This document shows positions 12,624-28,110 of a stretch of 64,000 nt of DNA, piece after piece (position 1 is the first letter of the stretch; each line of letters begins with the position of its first letter). The stretch is from Octopus vulgaris (Eukaryota), in NCBI GenBank assembly GCA_951406725.2, contig OX597814.1, positions 144,832,001 through 144,896,000 of the forward strand, given 5' to 3'. A program made the position numbers and the translations under genes. The notes below the pieces were generated by a model that did no database searches, was not told the DNA's origin, and was given only the letters and a program-made list of their open reading frames with translations.

Positions 12624-12625
<2 letters not shown>
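12342..12625 (-). mobile_element. Short element between (TA)n tracts with a degenerate hammerhead core (12421-12500)
   Basis: Minus strand CTGATGA-C-GGTATACTCAG...TTGATTATACT-A-GAAAC-AACT-GTA; stem I is not intact. Confidence 0.45.
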
Positions 12626-12678
<53 letters not shown>

Positions 12679-12680
<2 letters not shown>

Positions 12681-12858
12681 TCTCCATGATAGATCGGTAG
12701 CCACTACACACAATTTTTTCTCTCCTTGTTTTTTTCTTTCTGTGGAGGAGCGTAGGCTCGAAACGTAAAAGACTTTTTCAATTCCCGAGCGTTATACTAA
12801 TGCATCAGTTTGTTTTCTACACTACCTGTCTTCATCTTTTGTTTTTTTCGTGAATTCT

Positions 12859-12861
<3 letters not shown>
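12679..12861 (+). mobile_element. HH-1 element copy inside (TA)n; hammerhead-like motif at 12736-12771
   Basis: CTTT-CTGTGGA-G-GAGC-GTAG-GCTC-GAAAC-GTA-AAAG; aligns in reverse complement to 51320-51510. Confidence 0.75.
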
Positions 12862-12916
<55 letters not shown>

Positions 12917-13212
12917 ATGTATGCATGTAAGTATAAGTATGTGTGTGTGAGTGTGTGTGTGTGTATGTGTGAGTGCGTGTGTATGTATGAGTGTGTGTGT
13001 GTGTATGTGTGAGTGTGTGTGTGTGTGTGTATATATGTGAGTGCGTGTGTTTGTGCTTGTGCACCACCACCGATTGACAACTGGTGTTGGTGTGACTGCG
13101 TTTCCGTTCGGCACCATAGAATTAGTATATGGCTTTAAAAATAACTACTGGAGGCGATTTGTCCGAACATGCCATTGAAAGTGGTGCCGCAGTATAATGC
13201 CTAAAAAAAGAT

Positions 13213-13252
<40 letters not shown>

Positions 13253-13253
<1 letters not shown>

Positions 13254-13787
13254 TAGCTGACCCCGTGCAATCAAGAATGACGGCTAATTATAGTATTAGT
13301 ATTTTATATATAAAAAGGGTACAAAATGGTGAAAAAAAATCAAACAGTGCTTCAACTCTGTGTTTGTGTGTGTGTGTAAGTGTGTGCGTGCGTAGATATG
13401 CATACATTTATATGTATGAGTAGCACAGTCTGTAGAGAACGCGGTTTTCTATACTTTGTCATAGCCTGCTTCCTCCCTTTTTAAGTATGTCTGTTTATAT
13501 ACATATATATGTGTAATGCGTGTGTCTGTAATTCTATTTTCTATGTATTTTTCTAAATAAAAAGACACAACCACATATACACTCACTCAAATATATAAAT
13601 ATATTTTACACTGATACACACATACACACGCACACACATACTCACGCAGAGTTGAAGCGCTGTTTGATTTTTGCTTCGAAGTGGGATGGTTGACTTTTCA
13701 CTATCCCACTTCCATCGATGGATCACCCCTTCCTTTCTCATTCATATGTTGTGACGGAGAAATACAAAAGAATATTATTATATTAGA
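13253..13787 (-). mobile_element. Non-autonomous Helitron, about 535 bp
   Basis: Minus strand A|TCTAATATAATAA... ending CCGTCA...TGCACGG-GGTCAG-CTAG|T: 5' TC, subterminal hairpin, 3' CTAG, AT target, no TSD. Confidence 0.7.
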
Positions 13788-14020
13788 TTAGTACAGTAGA
13801 AAATAGACGACACTCTCTTTGCCACTTCCGCTCTCTCGTTGCTATTACTTTCTCTCACCCCCTCTCGGTCATGGCTACTACACTCACTACATCTCCTTGA
13901 CTGAATTACTATTTTCTCTCCTCTTCCAGCACCATTCATTTTGGACGGACACACACACACATATACACATATATAAAAGCGCTACGCTAATAATTATATT
14001 ACGATATATATATATATATA

Positions 14021-14744
14021 TTGGGTTGAGGAATAATTTCTGAGCATTTTTCAAATTTAAAAATGCACGCAGATAAAACGCATTGGCAGAATGTTTCATG
14101 TTATTTAAGAGAGAATTGTTTGCTCTACAAGATAGTGTGTTTTGAATTTTATTACCTCAAAGTACCACCCGCCGTTGGTTTTCGCGCTTCAAAAATGGGA
14201 ATTTTTACATCAAGGACGAATCACACACCGGTCGATTAATTGAGTTCGATGAAGAGCGATTGAAGGAACTTCTTCACGAAAATCCACCTCAAACGACCAG
14301 AGAATTGGCAGAGGAGATGGATAGTGATAAAAAGAAACTGGGGAACTACCTTCACTCAATGGGCAAGGTTAATCGAACTCACTTGGTCGACCGGTGTTTG
14401 ATTCGTCCTTGACGTAAAAATTCCCATTTTTGGAGCGCGGAAACCAATGACGGGCGGTACTTTAAGGTAGTACTCCTTCTTCACACTCAGCACACATCTC
14501 ACGAGCAGCGTCGGCGAGCTTAACACCTTGATTAAATGCAAATAGTGTATATTGTCTCGAAAATGCTCAGTTTTGTCCATTTGACATTCCATTTTAATGA
14601 TCTGAAAATAGATAAAATGTCAATAAAATTAAACATTCAAAACACACTAGCTTTCAAAATGACATAAAACATTTTGCCGATGCATTTTATTTCTGCGTGC
14701 ATTTTTAAATTAGAAAACAACGCTCATGAATTATTCCCAAACCA
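14021..14744. mobile_element. Fold-back mariner derivative made of two convergent 5' halves
   Basis: Termini are inverted over >100 bp; inner inverted pair 14151-14250/14372-14471. + strand RRWFSRFKNGNF..DESHTGRLIEFDEERLKELLHENPPQTTRELA; - strand starts MECQMDKTEHFR; TA-flanked. Confidence 0.85.
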
Positions 14745-15446
14745 TATGTGTTTGTGGATATGTGTAAGCATGCGTATATGGTTATATATTTATAAGCATA
14801 TATGAGGCACACACACAGAGGGATTAATGTGTGTTTATATAATTTTTCTCACATCTACTTATATGTGTGTGTGTATGTATTATATTATATATTCATATAT
14901 ATGTTTAGTTATATATATGTATATATATATTATATACGTATATATATATGTACGTTAAAATAATTGATTTTTGTCTGTGCATGTTAAATGGAGGAGTAGA
15001 TACTAATAAGACATCCGCAGTCACAAATACCTACTGCACATTACTCTCACAGAAACGGGTGCCAAAAACAGCAACAAAGAATCAAACAAAATGATAACTG
15101 TGAAAGAGATAGAAAACGTGAGTTGCAGTGGTGTTTGTTTGTGCATTTATGTATGTATATATTTGAGTTTGTGTGTCTGCAGTTTTAGTTTAAATTAAAT
15201 AAACAGTTAACTTTGATTTATTTAAAATAATAGAGAAAGTAATTGAAAACATTATGTCTGATATTTCAGTCTAATGATATTTACGTTTATATATGTTGTT
15301 TTCTCAATTTCAATGCGATTGTACGTTCACACAATTTGTTTAAAATTACAAGTATTGACATTCCAAACATCTGCGTTGCTTGTGTCCATGTTTTCGTCCT
15401 TTATATTTTGTTATCTCCTAAAGCATAACAGACTTCTTTGTAACAC

Positions 15447-15508
<62 letters not shown>

Positions 15509-15600
15509 CATATATTTTATCGGATGAAATAAGAAAAAAGAAACTGGAAAATCGAGCTGTTGCTGAGATGAATGACAAAATATATTATTTAAGGGGCAAT

Positions 15601-15700
<100 letters not shown>

Positions 15701-15826
15701 CATACATACATTATGTACACGTATATATATAAACATACATTATATATATATATATATATACACACATATATAATATACAAATATAAATACATATATATGT
15801 ATATACATATATACATATAGACATAC

Positions 15827-15861
<35 letters not shown>

Positions 15862-15865
15862 ATAC

Positions 15866-15903
<38 letters not shown>

Positions 15904-15957
15904 TAAATATACTTTTCTACTTGTGTAGAATCGCTCAAACTTTTATAAAGGAACGTG

Positions 15958-16225
<268 letters not shown>

Positions 16226-16866
16226 GTAAGTACGTGTGTGTATATATATATGTGCTTGTATATATATTTATGTATGGATGCATAAACACGCAAATGCACA
16301 CACATAAACACACACTCACGCACACACGCATTTGCACTCACACACGCACGCACACATGTATATATATATATATATTACCACAAGTATGTGGACGGTCACT
16401 TTAAATAATAGAAATAGCATGTACTGGGCGAACGCTTTCTTTAAGATAGCAGGTTAGCGTTCGAATGTATATAAATGTATATATATGTATATTATACTGA
16501 CATGTATATCTACACCGCCCTCTCACACACACTCACACACACATGAACACATACATACGTATTTATACATATGTGAGTATATATATGCATACATACAAAA
16601 AAAAAATATTTGGTAGAATATCCATTTCTATAAATATATACAACTATGATGTTTAAATGTATGTGAAGTTATTTACATATAGATAGACGTATATAATACT
16701 GTGATATTTCGAGTATATGTGTCAGTTAGTGTATACATATGTATGCATCCATGCATCTATGTATGCTCGTGTATGTCTATGAATGTAATGATACTTGTGA
16801 GTGTATATATATATATACATACACACCTGCATACACACACATACACATATATATATGCATATATGC

Positions 16867-16917
<51 letters not shown>

Positions 16918-17114
16918 TTCATTCATACATATATACATACATATATACATACATACATATATACATAGATACATCTGTTTGAGTACATAAACTAGTGTTT
17001 TTTTTCATCTTACATTAGAAAAAGATTTACACAAATCCATTCATACATACACACACACACACAATCATGTACATATGCACATATATAATGCAAACATGTA
17101 TATATCTATCTATG

Positions 17115-17176
<62 letters not shown>

Positions 17177-17261
17177 TTGATTATTGTCTATCTAGATATA
17201 CAATTATATAAGCATATAGATAAAGATGTCTGCTGTCTATCAGTCTATCTTTTGTATCATC

Positions 17262-17320
<59 letters not shown>

Positions 17321-17863
17321 ATACATGCATACTCGTGCATACACACACATATGTATATACATGATGTATACACAGATAGACGTATACGTGTGTGGACATA
17401 AAAACGTACATTCGTCCACAGAATATCTGTATCTATATACGTCGTCATCTCTAAGAGTACTGTTGCAATGTAAACATATTTAATATCAGAATGTTATTAA
17501 TATCATAATTACCGACATTCAATGCTGCTTGCTTTGAACATCTCTGTAACTGTGCTCAGTTAAGCTTTTCTAATGAACAGCATCTTGTTATCATTCAACA
17601 TCTGACTAGCAAGAGACCGTATCTTTCTCTTCTCCATTAACTACCTCGACCGACCAGTGTTCGCAGAGCGTACTTCGCTATTAACATACACACGCACAGA
17701 CCCTCTCCGAAAATATACACACACACACACACACAGAATCATCACACATCCAAAAACACACATACAAGAACACACGCACACACAAACACACTCCCACACA
17801 CACACACATATATATATATTCGTGTATGCATATATACGCGTGTGCAGACACACGCATCGTTCT

Positions 17864-18903
<1,040 letters not shown>

Positions 18904-19124
18904 TAAAGTTATACATATATTTAGTGCAGTGTTTGTTAGTAGAATATAACATTTCCTTGCTTTCAAGTTTGTAACCAAGCAACACACATATTTCGTCTGC
19001 TTCCTCTCATCTTTCGCATCTTTTTCTCGATTTTTCTGTCCTTTTCATCTTCTTTACTCTTCAGTCTGCTTCTTGTTCCTAACTCTAGTTCCTCGTTGTT
19101 GTTGTTGCTGTTGTTAACATTTTT

Positions 19125-19390
19125 GCTGTCCTCCTCCTTCTCCTCCTCCTCCTGTTTCTTCTCTCCACCCCTCCCCTCCCCTTCTTCTTCTTCGTCTTCT
19201 TCTTCTTCTTCTTCTTCTTCTCCTTCTTCTTCTTCTTCTTCTTCTTCTTCTTCTTCTTCTTCTTCTTCTTCTTCTTCTTCTTCTTCTTCTTCTTCTCCTT
19301 CTTCTCCCTCTTCTTCTTCTTCTTCTTCTTCTTCTTCTTCTTCTTCTTCTTCTTCTTCTTCTTCTTCTTCTTTTCCTTCTCCTCCTTCTT
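19125..19390. repeat. (TCT)n polypyrimidine microsatellite
   Basis: Direct reading. Confidence 0.95.
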
Positions 19391-19745
19391 CGCCTGCTCC
19401 TACATTTTCCCCTGTTATTTTTATTCCTGTACCATACTATATACTTCGTTTTCTCTTTTTTACTCGACTCCCTAAAAACAACATCGCATAAACAATAAAA
19501 CAAAAGCTCATCTCTGTTCTCGGCTCCTAAGACCAAGATCACAATATGATTTATAGACAAAATACACAATCTCTGAACCAACTAATTAATTCAATGCAAC
19601 GTAGTCCATCTCAGTTTACTGAAGCCTTCCATAGTCAAGCAGAGGCTATACTTACTAAATCTACAGTCACGTTAACAAAATAAAAAAGAATGGGTGGCGA
19701 AGTGGCAGAGTTGTTAAAGCGTTGGTTAGATAGTCTAGCGATAAA

Positions 19746-19958
19746 GGCGGTGATCTGGCAGAATTGTTAGCATGCCGGACAAAATACTTAGCGGCATTTT
19801 GTCCATCTTTACGTTCAGTGTTCGAATTCCGCTGTGGTTGGCTTTGCCTTTCATCCTTTCGGGGTCACTAAAAATAAGTACTAGTTGAGTACTGGGGTCG
19901 ATGTAATCGACTTATCCATTATCCGAAATTGTTAGTCTTGTGCCAAAATTTGAAATCA
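19746..19958 (+). mobile_element. SINE family A (diverged)
   Basis: Matches the family A consensus. Confidence 0.8.
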
Positions 19959-20230
19959 ATGTTTGCTCTAATTCTTACCGCTCTGAGTTCAAATCATACC
20001 GAAGCCAACTTCATTGTTTTGTGATCGATAAAAAAGTGCGAATCCAGGACAGAATCGTTAGAAAGTCGGGAAAGTGCTTTGCAGTATTTTCTCTTGTCTT
20101 TGAGTTATGATAAACGCCTACGACAATTCAGGCCGAAGCCGGTGACTTTTCTCATGAGTTAACATCACTGACATTCAGAAGGGAGACTTGCATACACAGG
20201 TCTCTACCAATCTTTCTAACGGGGTAAAAA

Positions 20231-20630
20231 AGGCATGGCTTTGTGGTAAGAAGCTTGCTTCCCAACCACATGGTTCTGGGTTCAGTACCATTGCGTGGCA
20301 TCTTGCGCAAGTGTCTTCTACTATAGCCTCGGGCCGACCAAAGCCTTGTGAGTAGAATCAGTACACGGAAACTGAAAGAAGCCCGTCGTGTATATATGTT
20401 TATGTGGCTGTATTTGTTCCCCTCACCACCACCACCATCGCTTGACAACCGATGTTGCTTTGTTCACGTCCCCGTAATTCGTAATTAGAGTTTCGGCAAA
20501 CGAGATCGATAAAATAAGTACTAGTCTTACAGTGAATAAGTCCTGGGGACGAAGTGTTCGACTAAAGGCGGTGCTCCAGTATGGCTGCAGTCAGATGACT
20601 GAAACAAGTAAAAGAGTAAAAGTAAAGAGT
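20231..20630 (+). mobile_element. Near full-length tRNA-derived SINE, family B
   Basis: TGGCT.TGTGGTAAG (A box) ... GGGTTCAGT (B box) ... central microsatellite ... GGCGGTGCTCCAG.ATGGC.GCAGTCA.ATGACTGAAACAAGTAAAAGAG tail. Partial copies at 1270-1420, 13050-13215, 30683-30772, 44830-44890 and 59420-59750. Confidence 0.85.
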
Positions 20631-21517
20631 CCTCGCTCAGGCCTCGTAGCCTAGAGCTTCACTAAAAATCTGTTCGACTAAAACCATTCAAGGCGGTGCC
20701 CCAGCATGACCACAGTCCAATGAATGAAACAAATAAAAAGCCGGGCTGCGATAGAAGTCTTATTCGGTCAAAGTTGCTATTCGTAGATAAGCTACTTACG
20801 ATCAGAATTTTGGGGACTTCAGAGATAAAATGTGTTGATATTTAAAACAATTATATCGATATAACGTTTCGAACAGTTCGATCTCTGATCATCATCAGGT
20901 TACTTAAACTTGAATATATACATAATAAGAAACTGGATTTTAGCGATGGGCTTTTATTTGCAAACTAAGTTTAGTTACAATAGTTTAGCTAACTATGGTT
21001 TTTCATGCAAATGGAATATCTGGGTTAACTGTGAATTCTATTTGTTTATACCAGTCAGTGTCCAATCTGGTATATTTGTTCGAGGTTGTCGCGTTACTAC
21101 TTCGCCGATGAAGTCACAATAAGGCCAAAATGACGTCCGGTGTTGTATCCCGTACTCGTTAGAATAAAATATTTGAAACAGACTACTCATTTTTTTCTCC
21201 TCAACGCGTAATTACATTTCTAGTTAGATTTTAAATTTTCCTTGCGTTAAATATGTTAACACTACATTAAATATTTGTTATATTAGCTGACTTTAACATC
21301 GAATCGAATCAAAACTTCCTTTCACAAAACTGAATGACCAATCAGGCAAGCTTCTCAAGCAAAGTCAACAATAAGAACCAAAACAAGAATAAAAACAACA
21401 ATGAAAAATTACAAACAAAACCAAACCAAAACTAATGACTTTCCTAATGAACTAGCCTTGCTTGCTAATTACAAATTGCCCACGAATGAAACGCAATGAG
21501 TCGCGCAAATATAAAAA

Positions 21518-21572
<55 letters not shown>

Positions 21573-23754
21573 AAACACACACACACACAGAGAAACAATC
21601 TCTCTCTCTCTCTCTTTCTCACACACAGGAAACAATACACACACGCGCTGATTGATACACACTAATTTTGACAATAAGAACTTCTACACTATCATCTGAC
21701 CAGCTAAAAGCAATAGCCAAATACCTCTCAAATTACAGAAATCAACTAACTAGTGTAGTCTTAAGCACACTTCTAGGACAAAGACGTGATGGTTATATTT
21801 ATAAAGATATTGATCATAGTTTTGTCATCGATCAGTGCTGCCCAGGAACTTGTTATCAAGTTCTCCTCAAATCACACAAACGTGTTTTAATATAGGAAGG
21901 ATAGATATAACGTAGTCCTGCATGACACTATGTCTGGACAACCGACGCAAAATGTAACGTAGCAGCAACAGTTAGAACATCATAGACTGGATTAGGGTTG
22001 ACTTATGGCTAAACAATAGCATATGGTTAATAATAATATAAAGCAAAAAGAAAGAGAAATATCATCGGGTGATTTCACCATATCAGAAATATCGACTGAC
22101 TTCTTTCTGTCGTGCTTCATTGAATAGCATTTAAATACCTCCCAGGAAGCTTTGTTTAACATACCTTATTGAGAAAATGGCAAAAGTAATCAAACGCATG
22201 TGTTGGAGTGCATATTTCTTCGTGAATTTGGCCACCAATATCTCCGCTAATAAATTTGGCGTCAAATTTCGAAAATGCTCTTCCCAGACTCCCCAAATAA
22301 AGGAGCTTGAGAATTTTTCGAAGCTGATTTGCTGAATATGATCAAGATCGTAACATCAAATCAGCTTCGTTTGAATCTCTTTATAAATTCTTCAAACGAC
22401 GCAATTTAAACAATTACCTAATGTAGACGTTCTCACCAACAAGCGGACAACATATATGAAACCAACACTTGTACGCACACAAGACTCCTTACAAACAATG
22501 CGATTCCCTAGAAACATGCTGACATAAACGCTGAAGTGAAATAGCTAGCCACCCTCCTAAAGATAGAGGATCGTGTGGACCAGAAAACAACAGCCTTTCT
22601 AATCTTAAATGTAGGCTGATCAACTCTTCCAAGAGCGATACAGACATTGTAATCTTCTGATAAGATCCTATAGAGGATTTGAATGAGTATTCTACTCCTG
22701 CAGCCCTCCTAAGAATAGGGTAGCAAAAATGGATCGAAGATTATAACCAAGAGTTGTGTACTCATTTTGTTTACAGCGACATATTTCTGTGAACCTGGAT
22801 TCAATTTTCTTAGAAATTATTTGAACCCATAGATAGACTTTCGCATTGTATCAGCAAGAAAGTTCCAAGGAATTTCCAAGAAAGTTCCAAGGCAGTTATG
22901 AATGGGAAGCAGGAATAAGGCAGTGATTAAATTTAATGTTCACAAACGTGATTGATTTTATCATATACAGTTATTTTTAATTAGCACAATTTACATTTGC
23001 ATTTTATGCTCTGAGTCAAAACCTCATTTGTCTTTTAGCTGAATTTATTCATCTATATTACCATATGAAGTTTAATTAAAATAAAGGTATACAATTGGGT
23101 TTTTGATCTGTAACTGTAATACTACTTTTGTAGTGATTGTGAAGAATAATCATAGTTTTCTTGAGGATGTAGGGCATAGAAAATTTGGAAAGCACTATTA
23201 TAGTTTTATTCTCTCATGGTTAAGATTCAGTTTGGTAGCCATATATTACTAATATAGTTATTCAAGGCTGGTAATATTATCAAGCTTTCCTTTCACGCAA
23301 TTACTTTAAAATAGAAATAATGCTCTAGAGGTTAGAATATAAATCGTAAATATCTACAAATGGCATGGCCGTCTTCTTCGTCTTATTAATGTAAATTCTA
23401 GTTTGTTCGATGTGTCATGCAACAATATGCGAAGTCGATTCCAAGTACTTCTGAGACGTATTATTAACTAAAACATTTCATTCATCTGAAATGGGATTTA
23501 CGACAAATGTCAAATCTGATAGCTCTTTTGAGTTGTTCTAAGAAGTATTTCAGCTTCTGTTCTGATACTTCTGACCTAATTCTATGTCGCTTACTGTCCA
23601 GGAGAGCCATTTATGGAAGATAAGGAAATGTTTATTATCATTTCAAATCTTGTGAGACACAAATATTCAGATACACATCACTTCTTTTTTAATGCGTCTT
23701 GACGGTTTTTCATATCTCTCTCAATAATTTGAATGCTGCTTTTTAAAAAATAAC

Positions 23755-23854
<100 letters not shown>

Positions 23855-24367
23855 CTAAATACATACTTATATACATATATAACCAAATACTCATAAAAGT
23901 ATATGCATATTCATATATAGTTATACACACATACACATATAAACAATTATATACACAAATATACATATATATACATACATGCACACATACACATACACAT
24001 ATATACAAACAAGAAGGAAATAAAATAGTTTTTTGTTTAGCTTTTATCAAAATAGTCAATAGACAGGAGGTTTTTGTTTATCAATGCAAAAAAATAAACG
24101 AAAATGAATAAATTAAATAATCGATTACAATATTGTTGTAAGAATGGACCTAGCTCAATCGCAAAGATAAAATAAATATCTTCTAAATTTCGACCACTAT
24201 TTATACACTACTAAGTGTGCTCTCATTCTCCCTTAAATTCTTACTTAAACCTAAGATTCCAAGATTGACGGTATTGAAAAAATGTGAAGTATCGACACTG
24301 CTTTTTCGAGATATCACTGACGGTATCAAAACCAAATCCTTGAAAATACACAGCGAGAAAGTTACCC

Positions 24368-24493
24368 TTTACTCCATGTATTCGAACCAGGTCTCCTATG
24401 TGAATCTAGCCTTCTCTCTTCCCGCCCCAAGACATAGAGGCCGAGAAAATAAAAGAGATTTGTCTCTTGTCCTTTTCATGGTCTCTATGTCTT
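24368..24493 (-). other. tRNA-like (B-box) remnant overlapping a 65-nt hairpin
   Basis: Minus strand ...GATTCACATAGGAGACCTGGTTCGAATAC...; hairpin AAGACATAGAGGCC(24429-24442)/GGTCTCTATGTCTT(24480-24493). Confidence 0.4.
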
Positions 24494-27129
24494 TTGCCGT
24501 CATTTCCCTAAGAAACCATAAAAGTACACAGTCAATTAAAAGGGATGAGCGAGTACAAACTATAAAGTACTCAAACTGTAAAGTAGACAATAACACGATG
24601 ACAAAGATTATGCAATAAGCCATATAACAAATGAATTAGCTACATTTATGAATATTATTTTACAGTGTAGAGTAAAAGTGAGGTTCAAACTGAATGACTG
24701 AAGAGAGACTATAATATGTTTGAAATTGAATTTGATTTATGAATCTTTTGGATTTTCGCCGACCATGATGCCGCTTACTTATCTTTTTTTATCATGTGGA
24801 TCCGATCGCATAATTATTTCACTAGATACAGGATGTTTCCATACTCAAATACATCATATCAAATCTACTAGGTACTTATACCAAAGAGTCTCTTTTACGA
24901 GACTCTTTTCATAATAGTAATAGTAGTAGTCAGCAAAAATATACTTTCGCTAAGACATCTGCTAAGAGAAACAGATAATTAATTTCCTACTTGATATTCG
25001 CTTTCTAATTTTGTATTATTAGTAAACTTGTTGAGCATAATACATACGAAGTGAAAACATGAATACAAGTATAATACTAGTTGCTGACAACATATGAAAT
25101 AGAAACAATTTGCTAATTTATTTGATAGATGCAAATATTTTAGCTTAATGCTACAAAATCTCAGAATGTGTTGTTTTAGGTTCACTGGTGTTGGCTCTTT
25201 CATTAAATATTCACGAATAATTACAACAATGTTCTTTATTTTTAATTCATTGGAAATAATTAAAATTCAGGATCCTATGAATTTCGTACCCTGGCAACAT
25301 TAACCATAGCAACGTAAGCTGGCTTTAAGATTCCTTTCACGTAATTTTGAAATTTAGTAAATTTACTTCTATCAATATTACCTTTGTCTTATTTCTTTAG
25401 ATTTTGAGTATAAAAACTTAGCTTTTGTTTTCTCGACCTAGGGATCAATGATAAGAATAAACCCAGAGATTGCAGTGGTGCCAAAAATATCCTTGTTCAT
25501 TTGTGATTGCTGTGTGCGTATTTTGTAGTTGTTCAACCATCCATTTTGCTTCAAGCATTTACTATATATTCCTTGGTAGATCATGTTCATATGATAAACT
25601 GTGTTGCTGTGGTTTTTCATCTGAAGCGTGAAGGAACTAAATCAGAAGACAGACATCAAAGTTTCTTCAAGGTTCTTTCAGAAACACAATGAGATACTTC
25701 TTGTATTTTCTAATAGAAGGAAAATTTAGATAAAGCAAACCATATAAGAGATAGCATTCAGTAGTTATTTATTTATCCATTTTTATTTTAGACATTCAAA
25801 TTACTTACAGAAGACTTGTGATGTTGATCATCTTATCATTTCACATCTTTTAAAACCCCTTGTATTGTTTTGCATTAAAAATATCTTTACTAAATAATGA
25901 GGTTTTTATTCTGCGTATGGTGACACACACGCTGTTTTAATTTCTGACGAATACAAACGTTGATATATCGTATGTATATCAATAGAGAATAGATAAAGCT
26001 ATCATCATTAATATCAAAATCCTGAAGTTTATAAATTCTATGATAAAAGGCAGCTGGGCTCGCTAAGTAAATCCAATATAATAAATTGTATTAATGAAAT
26101 ACTTGCGCAAAGCCAGCTATTATTTTTTTTATTATTATTTCATGCAATTTACTGAAGTATCATAACTATTCTCTTCTTTGGAAATCTAATTAAATTACCA
26201 TGTTTCATCTGAAAATAATAAATAGATTTATTATTCACATTATAAACATTTGAAAATCAAGTAACATCTTTACGTTAGCTTTAGAAATAATTTAAATATA
26301 CCGAAATCTATGGAATGAAAATCAATTCCAAACTAGCAGAGCTTGAACTATTTAATGATTTCTTTAAGTCTCACCGTTTCGTATATAATAGCAATTTCGT
26401 AAATAGAAATTATTCTGTTATATTGCTTATGACCAGTTTACTAATCTACTGACGAAGATTATAACTTATGCTGATTAATACTATCAGCAAATTTGTATAC
26501 TAATATACTAATATATTAAACATAATATTAGTTAATATACTAATATCCTGTTTAATATTCTAATACAGGAAAACAACGAGATCAATTATCATTGCATTAA
26601 TTAACGTGACATCCAACCAACCAATCAATTAACCAATCAATTTTTTACTCAATATCAAATCACAATTTAGTCTGTTACTTTTATTTGACAACAAGCTAAC
26701 TTTGATTATTATCTAAACTTGTGATCTATAGACATCTCGTAATTTTTGTTTATTTTCCAGAAAAAGGTAACTCTTGACTACATTGTTCAATACACCTTTC
26801 TCTTCTCATAATACATATATCTACAGATTCGCAATCGTGATTAAACCATATTAAAATAGTTAAAATTTCCGTAAATGTTCGTCTTTACTATCCCTGGTAA
26901 TCTTCCACAGAGACTGAACATATTTCACAGTGACGACTGCATCATATAAATTAACGTTTTTTTCTAGAGCTTGAAAATACTTCAACTTTATAAAAGACTT
27001 GAGCCTATTTCAGGGGACTGATATCCATCGTCCAACCAGTCTTACTGACAAATACAAAGCATTATAAGCAGGTTATATACATTAACATTGATTACCTTTG
27101 TTACTACATACCCATCAAACGGTCTATTT

Positions 27130-27440
27130 AGCTTGATATACATGCCTTCATCCAATATCACAGTACAATCATCTATCCACCGTTATTCTATGAAATCCCG
27201 TGTCTTATATTGCTATAACAACGGCTTTTACGTCTCTAAAGTTAGATAATGTAAATGTAACAGGTACACAACTGCTAGTGAGATAGGGCTTGCGTACCTA
27301 AACTGTTTGGTGATCTTGGTGGAAGAAACATTCATGGTTCGACGCGAAAGGAAGGCGGTTGCAGCAAGGCATTGTGTGGTGCAGAGAACAAGATGAAGTA
27401 AGAGATCTTGGTCACCCACAACATCCATCTTCATTAACAG
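27130..27440 (-). mobile_element. Possible highly decayed Penelope-like RT fragment
   Basis: Minus-strand pieces ASPISLAVVYLLHL and RWIDDCTVIL resemble the RT motifs GSPxS..LAxxY and RYxDD; frameshifted. Confidence 0.35.
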
Positions 27441-27807
27441 TCGTCTTCACTTGATCTTGCCTCTGGATTGGAGATGGCCACGGAAGAGAGTGTGAGGTTG
27501 AAGGTGTGCACATCTTCTTCACCTTCAAGAAAGTCAACACCAATGTTTATCACTCAATGTGTAATAATTGCACCTAAACTGACTCGCAACACACCTCTAC
27601 TCCAGTCCCTGCATTGGACACTTTATTCAATCATTGCTGTAGTGGTTTAGTACCAGCTGAGAGCTGTATGAGCAGATTTACGATCTAGAATGCTTCGATC
27701 ATGACAACCTTGCTCTTTCTTCAAAAGTGCATGCTTCAAGGTCCCTGTATATCTTGTGAGAACATGGATTTTCACATGGAAAGTTCGTCTCCAAGGCGTA
27801 AAGTTAT

Positions 27808-28062
27808 TCTTTTATTTGTTTCAGTCATTTGACTGCTTCCATGCTGGAGCATCGCCTTTAGTCGAACACATCGATCCGAGGACTTATTGTTTGTAAGCCT
27901 AATACTTAATCTATCGGTCTGTTTTGCCGAACCGCTAAGTTACAGGGACGTAAGCACACCAACATCAGTTGTCAAATGATGGTAGGGAGACAAACACACG
28001 AACAGACACACATCCATCCATCCATCCATCCATCCATCCATCCATCCATCCATCCATCCATC

Positions 28063-28110
<48 letters not shown>

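Noticed and set aside
24217-24618. 133-aa non-repetitive ORF
   Set aside because: GTG start, no recognisable motif, and it overlaps a hairpin/tRNA-like remnant.
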